DNA of 64,000 bases from Patescibacteria group bacterium (GTDB lineage: Bacteria; Patescibacteriota; Patescibacteriia; JAQUQO01): positions 128,942 to 192,941 of the forward strand of contig JAQUQO010000001.1 in the NCBI GenBank assembly GCA_028716045.1, written 5' to 3'. The notes beneath the pieces were generated by a model. It was given only the letters and a program-made list of their open reading frames with translations, did no database searches and was not told the DNA's origin. Made by a program: the position numbers and the translations under genes. This document shows, one piece after another, positions 57,116 to 64,000 of the stretch (its first letter is position 1; each line of letters starts with the position of its first letter).

Positions 57116-57148
57116 ATTGAAAAATCGAATTCGTTTGTTATATAAAAA
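57116..57148. repeat. right 33-bp terminal inverted repeat (TIR-R)
   Basis: attgaaaaatcgaattcgtttgttatataaaaa. Its reverse complement equals 55071-55103 with one mismatch. Confidence 0.7.
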
Positions 57149-57349
57149 TGTCGCCGTCTGGCGAAAAGGAAAAGTATATTTCATATAACTACCTATATCC
57201 CAACTTGTTGTTTTTTGCGCTAAGATATGATAAAATTTTTAGTAAATTGAGGTTATACCCCCAAGGGGTATAACCTCCCGTATTTTATTTACAGTAATAC
57301 TTTCACGAACATATTTATTTTATCCCATTCACCTCAAAAATTCAACCCA

Positions 57350-57378
57350 TTGCCAAGATTTTTGCCCTATGTTATAAT
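57350..57378 (+). promoter_or_regulatory. sigma70 promoter, TTGCCA-17-TATAAT, for rpsB-tsf. Followed by a ~120-nt leader with hairpin atcccga-gca-ttcgggat.
   Basis: ttgcca at 57350-57355. tataat at 57373-57378. Leader hairpin at 57443-57460. Confidence 0.5.
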
Positions 57379-57502
57379 CGGTATTACTTATTAAATCTCT
57401 CACATTTTAGGATTATTTGGCGGCCTTGTCTCATCCCGAGCATTCGGGATTGGGATTTGCCAAATAAGATGACTAAAATGGAGGCCTAAAAGGAAAAAAT
57501 TT

Positions 57503-58237
57503 ATGACCAAGATTCCATCTCTTTTAGAGATGCTCAAAGCGGGCGTGCATTTCGGACACCAAGCGTCGCGCTGGCATCCTAAAATGGGCCAATACATTTT
57601 TGGCCAAAGAAACGGTGTCAATATTATTGATTTGGAGAAGACCCAGGTTAAACTTGAGGAAGCTCTGAATTTTCTCAAAGAAACTGCCCAAAAAGGCGGT
57701 GTCATTTTATTTTTAGGCACCAAAAAGCAGGCGCAGGCCCTGGTGAAAAAAGCCGCCGAGGATTGCGGTATGCCTTATGTGACCGAGCGCTGGCTGGGTG
57801 GAACAATTACCAATTTCAGCGTTATTTCCCGTTTGCTCAAAAAATTGAAAAAGGTGGAAGCCGAGCGCGTTTCCGGCGAGTTGGGAAAATACACCAAGAA
57901 AGAGCAGTTGGTTATTAATCGCGAAGCGGAAAAAATGGATAAGGTTGTTGGTGGTATTAAAAATTTAGAAAAAATTCCCACGGCTTTATTTATAGTTGAC
58001 GTCAGAAAGGAAGAAACCGCCATCAGGGAAGCCAGAGCTAAAAATATCCCGATAGTCGCGGTTTGCGACACTAATGTCAATCCGGAAATGGCTGATTATC
58101 CGATTCCGGCCAATGATGATGCCAGCAAGTCAATTGAACTTATTTTAAATTTAGCGTCGGCGGCGGTCAAAGAAGGCAAAGGAGCTGTTGTCAAAGAAGA
58201 AAAGAAGGAAGAAAAAGTCAAAAAAGAAAAAAAGTAA
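57503..58237 (+). CDS. rpsB: 30S ribosomal protein S2
   Basis: 244 aa. MLKAGVHFGHQASRWHPKM. Lys/Glu-rich C-terminal tail. Confidence 0.9.
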   Translation: MTKIPSLLEMLKAGVHFGHQASRWHPKMGQYIFGQRNGVNIIDLEKTQVKLEEALNFLKETAQKGGVILFLGTKKQAQALVKKAAEDCGMPYVTERWLGGTITNFSVISRLLKKLKKVEAERVSGELGKYTKKEQLVINREAEKMDKVVGGIKNLEKIPTALFIVDVRKEETAIREARAKNIPIVAVCDTNVNPEMADYPIPANDDASKSIELILNLASAAVKEGKGAVVKEEKKEEKVKKEKK

Positions 58238-58326
58238 CAGGGGTTCTCCCCTGACAAGGGGAGTTAGAGGGGTTTAAAACCGTAGAAAAAGCGTAACCCC
58301 CCCTTCCCCCCTTATCAGGGGGCTGA
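58238..58326. repeat. GC-rich hairpin cluster between rpsB and tsf
   Basis: agggg-ttct-cccct. ctcccct-gaca-aggggag. cccccc-ttatca-gggggg. Confidence 0.5.
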
Positions 58327-58357
58327 ATAGTTATCAATTACTAATAGTTATATTTAT

Positions 58358-59173
58358 ATGTCCGTTGACCAAAATATTGTCAAACTTCGCGAATTAACCG
58401 GCGCGGGAATTTTGGATTGTAAAAAGGCGCTGGAAGAATCCGGCGGGGACGTGGATAAGGCACAGGAAATTTTAAGAAAGAAAGGAATCGCCAAAGCCGC
58501 CAAAAGAGCCGAGAGAGAAGCCAAAGAAGGCATTGTCAAAGTCGGAACTAATGGCGATAAGACCACGGGGTATATGGTGGAATTTAATTCCGAAACCGAT
58601 TTTGTCGCCCGCAACGAAAAATTTTTGGGATTTACCGAAGAAGTTTTTAATCTTTTTAAAAATAAAGAGCCGCAAGATTTAGATTCTTTATTTAACTTGC
58701 CGCTGGCTGACGGCAATACGGTAAAGGATTCTCTCGGCAGTTTGAGCGGTGTTATCGGCGAAAAATTGGACATCAAAAGATGCGCTCTTGTCTCCGGCGG
58801 CACAGTCGCCGCTTATTCCCATCTGGGCGGGAGAATCGGCGTGCTCGTGGCGCTGGATAAATCCGGAGAGGATGAGCTGGCTTATGACGTGGCTATGCAT
58901 ATTGCCGCTTCCAATCCTAAATATCTAAGCCCGGAGAATGTTCCAGCCGAGGAAGTTGCCAAAGAAAAAGAAATTTATCGCGAGCAATTGAAAAATGAAG
59001 GCAAGCCGGAGAATATCATTGATAAAATTTTGGCGGGGAAGATGGAAAAATATTACGGAGAAATTTGTCTGCTCAATCAAGTATTTATCAAAAATGAAGA
59101 TTTGACTGTCGGCCAGCTGCTTGACGGCCGGGGAGTCAAAATTAAGGATTTTTTCCGTTTTAGTTTAAATTAA
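58358..59173 (+). CDS. tsf: elongation factor Ts
   Basis: 271 aa. N-terminal UBA-like LRELTGAGILDCKKAL. Conserved EF-Ts core. Confidence 0.9.
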   Translation: MSVDQNIVKLRELTGAGILDCKKALEESGGDVDKAQEILRKKGIAKAAKRAEREAKEGIVKVGTNGDKTTGYMVEFNSETDFVARNEKFLGFTEEVFNLFKNKEPQDLDSLFNLPLADGNTVKDSLGSLSGVIGEKLDIKRCALVSGGTVAAYSHLGGRIGVLVALDKSGEDELAYDVAMHIAASNPKYLSPENVPAEEVAKEKEIYREQLKNEGKPENIIDKILAGKMEKYYGEICLLNQVFIKNEDLTVGQLLDGRGVKIKDFFRFSLN

Positions 59174-59189
59174 AAAAGCATAAAGGTTT

Positions 59190-59326
59190 AAAATCCTCCG
59201 CCCCGCCCCTTCGACAAGCTTAGGACAGGGCACCTCCTTTTACAAAGGAGGAGGACATTCTTATCTCCCTTTCTCAAAAGCCTGCCTGCCGGCAGGCAGG
59301 GGAGGTAAAGAGGGATTTAAGACCAA
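59190..59326. repeat. modular ~135-bp repeat, copy F, inverted relative to the copies flanking the DUF559 gene
   Basis: Its reverse complement matches copy E (50752-50878) along ttggtcttaaatccct and ttgagaaagggagataagaatgtcctcctcctttgtaaaaggaggtgccctgtcct-agcttgtcgaaggggcgggg-ggaggatt. Its central module is cccctgcctgccggcaggcagg, as in copy G. Confidence 0.65.
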
Positions 59327-59356
59327 TTTCTCACTCCTAAATTAAAATTTATTTTT

Positions 59357-60193
59357 ATGCGCGTGCTCAAGGTACAATTCACCCATTGGCATAAAGTTTA
59401 TTATTTTACGACCGACGATGAAACTCTCAATGTCGGCGATTATGTTATTGTGGAAACGGAACTGGGAATGGAACTGGGGAAAGTAGATGGTTTCACTACC
59501 ATGGAAAGAGTAAAGGAGCTCTTGAAAGAGCCGTCGGAAGAAGAGAAACAGGCCGGTTCGCCGGAGGAAATCAAGCCGATTGTCCGCCGCGCCACTTCCG
59601 GAGATTTGGACAAAGCGCGGGAGAACGAGTCGCGTCATGACGAAGCCATGGAGGTTTGTCGTCAGCTCATCAAAAAACACAGTTTGCCGATGAAACTCGT
59701 GGACGTTCATTTTTCTTATGACGGCGGGCGGATAACTTTCGCTTTTATCGCCGACGGGCGCATTGATTTCAGAAATTTAGTCAAAGATTTAACTCGCCGT
59801 TTTCAGAAATCCATCCGGATGCACCAAATCGGCGTGCGCGATGAAGCCAAAATATCCGGCGATGTCGGCCCTTGCGGCCGGACGCTTTGCTGTAAAAAAA
59901 TTCTTAGAGAAAATTACGGCGGCGTTAATACGGAAATGGCTTATGAACAACAGGTGGCGCATCGCGGGCTGGAAAGATTATCCGGGCAATGTGGGCGACT
60001 GAAATGCTGTTTGCGCTACGAATTGCCGATTTACGAGGAATTAAAAAAGAAATTGCCGGCTATTGATAGCACCGTCAAGACATCCAAAGGCAAGGGCAAG
60101 GTGATTGGCCATGAGATTTTAAAGCAAGCGGTAAAAGTTCAGTTGGACGAGGATACGATTATAACAGTGCCGGCGAACGAGATAAAAAAATAG
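59357..60193 (+). CDS. PSP1 C-terminal domain protein (RicT/YaaT-like)
   Basis: 278 aa. N-terminal VKVQFTHWHKVYYFTTDDETLNVGDYVIVETELG. C-terminal Cys-rich CGRTLCCKK...CGRLKCCL, as in RicT. Confidence 0.6.
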   Translation: MRVLKVQFTHWHKVYYFTTDDETLNVGDYVIVETELGMELGKVDGFTTMERVKELLKEPSEEEKQAGSPEEIKPIVRRATSGDLDKARENESRHDEAMEVCRQLIKKHSLPMKLVDVHFSYDGGRITFAFIADGRIDFRNLVKDLTRRFQKSIRMHQIGVRDEAKISGDVGPCGRTLCCKKILRENYGGVNTEMAYEQQVAHRGLERLSGQCGRLKCCLRYELPIYEELKKKLPAIDSTVKTSKGKGKVIGHEILKQAVKVQLDEDTIITVPANEIKK

Positions 60194-60225
60194 ATTTATT
60201 GATATAGCGGTATAGTAAATACAAT

Positions 60226-60254
60226 TTGACTTGACTGGCAATTTGAGTTATATT
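60226..60254 (+). promoter_or_regulatory. sigma70 promoter, TTGACT-17-TATATT
   Basis: ttgact at 60226-60231. tatatt at 60249-60254. Confidence 0.5.
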
Positions 60255-60297
60255 GAAGACATATGGATTGTTTCTTGATAATAAATGATTTTTTAAT

Positions 60298-60630
60298 TTG
60301 GGAAAATTTTTAAAGATAGAGAAGGAGGGAGTAGTAATGGATGAGTTAGAATTCAAAAAAATACTTGAATCCATGCAAAAGGAGCAACGCGAGAGGTTTG
60401 AAAAAATTGAATCCGCACTGACGGCGCGAAACAAAAGGTTTGAGAGGATTGAAGCCGTTTTAGATGCCCAAAACGTCAAACTTAGGGAAGTTGAATTACG
60501 TTTAAGTGAGCATGATTTCGTTTTTGAGCTTGGAGGAGGCGCGGCAAACTTAAAAATTCCCGTCCGGAAAAAGATGATACTCCACCGCACTATTGATGAC
60601 ACAGAAATTGTTCAAGATTACGATGCTTAA
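60298..60630 (+). CDS. hypothetical coiled-coil protein
   Basis: 110 aa. SD gaaggagggagtagtaATG. Terminator at 60653-60686 (aaaccgc-ttataaatatgg-gcggtttt followed by T-run). Confidence 0.4.
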   Translation: MGKFLKIEKEGVVMDELEFKKILESMQKEQRERFEKIESALTARNKRFERIEAVLDAQNVKLREVELRLSEHDFVFELGGGAANLKIPVRKKMILHRTIDDTEIVQDYDA

Positions 60631-60720
60631 TTTTTAACCATTTGTTCTTTCAAAACCGCTTATAAATATGGGCGGTTTTTTATTTTAACGCAGTTTAAAA
60701 TTGAACCAATCATTATTTTT

Positions 60721-60806
60721 TCCCTCCTTAGACAAGGAGGGGAAGGGGGTGGTTGGATTTTAAAATAACAAACTCCCTCTTCGCTCCCCCTTAGCTAAGG
60801 GGGAGA
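60721..60806. repeat. GC-rich hairpin pair upstream of gap
   Basis: ccctcctt-agac-aaggaggg. ctccccctta-gc-taagggggag. Confidence 0.5.
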
Positions 60807-60916
60807 ATTTTTATTATTATCCAATTTTCTCTCTTCTTTATTGGTGTTTGGAGTTTGGTTATTTTCTCTAAAATTTGCTATAATAAATATAAGTTAAAAA
60901 CTAATCACAATATCTT

Positions 60917-61930
60917 ATGTCTAAAAAAATACGCGTGGCTATCAATGGCTTTGGCCGTATTGGCCGCACTACTTTTAAAGCCGGATTTGGCAAAGAGGGG
61001 ATTGAGTGGGTAGCGGTTAATGATTTGACCGATGCTAAAACCTTGGCTTATCTTTTAAAGTATGATTCAGTTTATCATGAGTATCACCGTAAGGTTAGAG
61101 CTACCAAAAACGAGATTATTGTTGATGGCCAGAGAATCAAAGTTTTTGCCGAACGCGACCCCAAGAATTTGCCGTGGAAAGAATTGAACATTGATGTGGT
61201 TTTGGAATGCACCGGCATTTTTACTAATGAAGAAGGAGCCAGCCAACATCTCACCGCCGGCGCCAAGAGAGTGATTATTTCCGCTCCGGCCAAAGGCGGC
61301 CATGTGCCGACTTATGTTTTGGGAGTGAACAGCCATAAATACAAGAAAAGCGAAAAGGTGATAAACAATGCTTCTTGCACCACCAATTGTATTGCTCCGG
61401 TGGCGGCGATTATCCAAAGCCATTTTGGAATTAAAAAAGCGTTGATGACCACCATTCACGCCTATACCGCCGACCAAAATTTAGTGGACGGGCCGCACAA
61501 GGATTTGCGCCGCGCCCGCTCGGCCGCCATCAATATTATTCCCACCACTACCGGCGCTGCCATTTCTACCGGCGAAATTATTCCGGCTATCAGGGGCAAA
61601 TTTGACGGCCTCGCTATCCGCGTGCCAGTGGCCGTGGGTTCGCTGTCTGATTTCACTTTTTTGACAAAAAAGAAGACGACCGTGGAGAGAGTAAATAACA
61701 TTTTTAGAAAGATGGCCAAGCACCCGTTTTACAAAAATATACTCGCGGTCACCGACAGGCCGATTGTTTCATCTGATATTATCGGCAATGAATATTCGGC
61801 TGTTGTTGATTTATCTTTAACAAAAGTGGTTGATGGCGATTTGGTAAAAGTCATCGCTTGGTATGATAATGAATTAGGTTATTCGCACCGCTTGGCGGAA
61901 TTGGCAAGGGAAGTCGGCAGAAAAATTTAA
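60917..61930 (+). CDS. gap: glyceraldehyde-3-phosphate dehydrogenase (type I)
   Basis: 337 aa. NAD-binding INGFGRIGR. Active site ASCTTNCIAP. Confidence 0.9.
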   Translation: MSKKIRVAINGFGRIGRTTFKAGFGKEGIEWVAVNDLTDAKTLAYLLKYDSVYHEYHRKVRATKNEIIVDGQRIKVFAERDPKNLPWKELNIDVVLECTGIFTNEEGASQHLTAGAKRVIISAPAKGGHVPTYVLGVNSHKYKKSEKVINNASCTTNCIAPVAAIIQSHFGIKKALMTTIHAYTADQNLVDGPHKDLRRARSAAINIIPTTTGAAISTGEIIPAIRGKFDGLAIRVPVAVGSLSDFTFLTKKKTTVERVNNIFRKMAKHPFYKNILAVTDRPIVSSDIIGNEYSAVVDLSLTKVVDGDLVKVIAWYDNELGYSHRLAELAREVGRKI

Positions 61931-61942
61931 TAACATTTAAAT

Positions 61943-63130
61943 ATGCGTTCCATAAAAAACCTTCAGGATTTATCCGGTCAGCGAGTTTTATTGCGGGTGG
62001 ATTTTAACGCGCCGCTGGCCAAAGATAATAAGGGTAAAATTATTGTTGCCGATGACAGTAAAATAAAAGCGTCTTTGCCGACCATTGAGTTTTTATTAAA
62101 ACAAGGCGCGAAAATTATTTTACTATCTCATCTCGGCCGTCCCGAAGGAAAGTTTGCGAAGGGGTTAAGAATGGCGCCGGCAGTAGAGAGTTTGAAGCGG
62201 CTTTTGCCAAAAGATAAGAAGAAAATCGGTTATATGGAGAGCTGGAATTTTTCCGCCGTCAGAAAAGTCGTTGATTTGATGGGTAAGGGCGAAATTTTGT
62301 TTTTAGAAAATTTACGTTTTCATCCGGGGGAGGATAAAAATGGCGTCCAATTCGCGCGCTCTTTATCGGGTTTAGGCAGATTGTATATAGATGACGCTTT
62401 TGGCGTTTCCCACCGCGCCGAGGCGTCCACGGTGGCTATTACCAAGTATCTGCCGAGCTACGCCGGATTTTTAATGGAGAAAGAAGTGGAGGCGTTGAAC
62501 CGCGTAGTGAAAAATCCTCGTCGTCCCCTGCTGGTAATGATGGGCGGCGCGAAGGTTTCCACGAAAATCGGCATGATAAAATTTTTATTATCCAAAGCCG
62601 ATTATATTTTACTCGGTGGGGGCTTAGCCAACACTTTTTTAAAAGCCAAGGGATATGAAGTCGGGAAATCTTTAGTAGAACCAGAGGGCGTCAGATTGGC
62701 TAAAAAGTTTTTGGCCAATAGAAAAATAGTTTTGCCGGTTGATGTGGTAGTGGCTAAAAATAAGAACGGCAAGCCAATTGTCCGCCAGATAAAAGCCGTT
62801 AAGGAAAACGAAATGATTTTAGATATCGGTCCGGAGACCATTAAGCTTTTTGCTAAGTTAATTCGTAAAGCCAACACGCTTGTCTGGAATGGTCCCATGG
62901 GGTTTTACGAGAATAAAACATACAGCCACGGCAGTATCGCCTTGGGCCGGTTGGTGGCCGCGCGTTCATCGGGTCGGGCTTTTGGCGTAGTCGGCGGGGG
63001 AGAGACATTGGACGTTTTAGCCGCGACCAAGATGGCTAAATACATTGACCACGTTTCCACCGGCGGGGGAGCGATGCTGGAATTCTTGGAAGGAAAAAAA
63101 TTACCAGGGATTAAAGCGTTGGGTTTTTAA
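61943..63130 (+). CDS. pgk: phosphoglycerate kinase
   Basis: 395 aa. Conserved Pgk N- and C-domains (RVDFNAP, GGGA...L). Confidence 0.9.
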   Translation: MRSIKNLQDLSGQRVLLRVDFNAPLAKDNKGKIIVADDSKIKASLPTIEFLLKQGAKIILLSHLGRPEGKFAKGLRMAPAVESLKRLLPKDKKKIGYMESWNFSAVRKVVDLMGKGEILFLENLRFHPGEDKNGVQFARSLSGLGRLYIDDAFGVSHRAEASTVAITKYLPSYAGFLMEKEVEALNRVVKNPRRPLLVMMGGAKVSTKIGMIKFLLSKADYILLGGGLANTFLKAKGYEVGKSLVEPEGVRLAKKFLANRKIVLPVDVVVAKNKNGKPIVRQIKAVKENEMILDIGPETIKLFAKLIRKANTLVWNGPMGFYENKTYSHGSIALGRLVAARSSGRAFGVVGGGETLDVLAATKMAKYIDHVSTGGGAMLEFLEGKKLPGIKALGF

Positions 63131-63135
63131 TTTTA

Positions 63136-63209
63136 TCCCCCTGATAAGAGGGACTATGGGGGTTTGAGAATTGATTAACCCCCCCCAACCCCCCTTGTCA
63201 GGGGGGGGT
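63136..63209. repeat. GC-rich hairpin pair after pgk
   Basis: ccccct-gataagag-gg.. and ccccccttgtcagggggggg, the same family as the cluster at 58238. Confidence 0.45.
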
Positions 63210-63258
63210 ATAGTAAACAATTTTTGTTTCATAATTCTTAATTCATAATTCAAAACTT

Positions 63259-64000
63259 ATGTTAGACAAAATTTGTCCAAAGTGTAAATGGTTTGGCGCA
63301 GTCGGTACCATTTTAATTGTGTTAGTTTTTTTAGGAGTAATTGGCTGGTTGGGGGTGACCATTGTTTCCAAAATTAAATCTTATTCCTACATCGGCCGTC
63401 CCGAAGCTATGCGTGATACCATTACCATTTCCGGCGAAGGCAAAGTCACCGCCATTCCCGATATCGCCATGGTACGCATTGGTTTGACCACGGAGAAGAA
63501 ACAAGTGGCCGATGCTCAAAAAGAAAATACCGAGAAAGTCAATACTATTATCAAAGCGTTTAAGGATTTAAAAATAGAGGCCAAAGATATGGAGACCTCT
63601 AGTTATAATATCTATCCCAAATATGATTATACCGAAAGCGGTACCAAACTTTTGGGGTATGAGGTTAGCCAGCAATTGACGATTAAAATACGCGATTTAG
63701 ATAATGTCGGAGCAATTCTCGCTAAGGCCGGGGAACTCGGCGCTAACCAAATAGGCGGGCTGGAATTTACTATTGATGAGCCAGAGTCTTTGCGTCAGGA
63801 AGCGAGAGAAAAGGCCCTGGAAAACGCCAAAGAAAAAGCTGAAGCGCTGGCAGATATATCGGGAGTTAAGTTGGGGAAAATCGTTTCTTTTTCGGAGAGC
63901 AGTGGTGGTGTCGAGCCGCCTTATTATCGTTATGACAGTATGAAGGCCATCAGCGCTGAATCCGCCGGAGGCATGCCGTCTCCGGATATTCAAAGCGGCA
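63259..64000 (+). CDS. SIMPL-domain (DUF541 / YggE-like) protein, partial because it runs off the window end
   Basis: ATG at 63259. N-terminal TM helix. Conserved SIMPL blocks (ISGEGKV...PD.A.V..G, LGYEVSQ.LTIKIRD). Absent from the ORF track because it is truncated. Confidence 0.55.
   Translation, partial: MLDKICPKCKWFGAVGTILIVLVFLGVIGWLGVTIVSKIKSYSYIGRPEAMRDTITISGEGKVTAIPDIAMVRIGLTTEKKQVADAQKENTEKVNTIIKAFKDLKIEAKDMETSSYNIYPKYDYTESGTKLLGYEVSQQLTIKIRDLDNVGAILAKAGELGANQIGGLEFTIDEPESLRQEAREKALENAKEKAEALADISGVKLGKIVSFSESSGGVEPPYYRYDSMKAISAESAGGMPSPDIQSG

Noticed and set aside
57400-57723. 107-aa minus-strand ORF
   Set aside because: It is antisense to the rpsB start and the promoter/leader. No signals, and its composition is a shadow of rpsB.

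Overview
This 64 kb chromosomal window comes from a moderately AT-rich bacterium with a reduced, streamlined gene set. Possibly a Patescibacteria/CPR-like organism, but that is inference. Most of it is housekeeping. The identifiable genes are htpX, lemA, a phosphohexomutase, murI, rseP, pheST, dnaE, thrS behind a probable T-box leader, miaB/miaA, gatB, a thyX-tmk-dCMP deaminase-HD nucleotide cluster, secE-nusG-rplKA, panD, gyrB, ftsW/rodA, rplY, prmC-prfA, rpmE, rpsB-tsf, gap-pgk and a partial SIMPL-domain gene. Near-consensus sigma70 promoters (TTGACA-17-TATAAT) are unusually easy to read, and several -35 boxes are embedded in perfect palindromes. The non-core content is mostly repeats. Several families of short GC-rich hairpin repeats are scattered through intergenic regions, and one lies in-frame inside pheT. 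There is a REP-flanked RAYT transposase. A modular ~130 bp repeat flanks a DUF559 gene in direct orientation, with a third copy inverted. A hypothetical gene is flanked by ~65 bp direct repeats. The most interesting region is a strongly AT-rich island at ~53.0-57.2 kb, between rpmE and rpsB. It carries a nucleotidyltransferase two-gene cassette, and a ~2.1 kb segment bounded by 33-bp terminal inverted repeats. That segment holds an operon under a palindrome-operated promoter, encoding three winged-helix-like paralogs, one of which is fused to a PLD-like (H-x-R-x4-D) putative nuclease domain. This is a candidate uncharacterised defence or toxin-immunity module. A tRNA gene with an 18-nt anticodon loop (an 11-nt insertion) is also notable.
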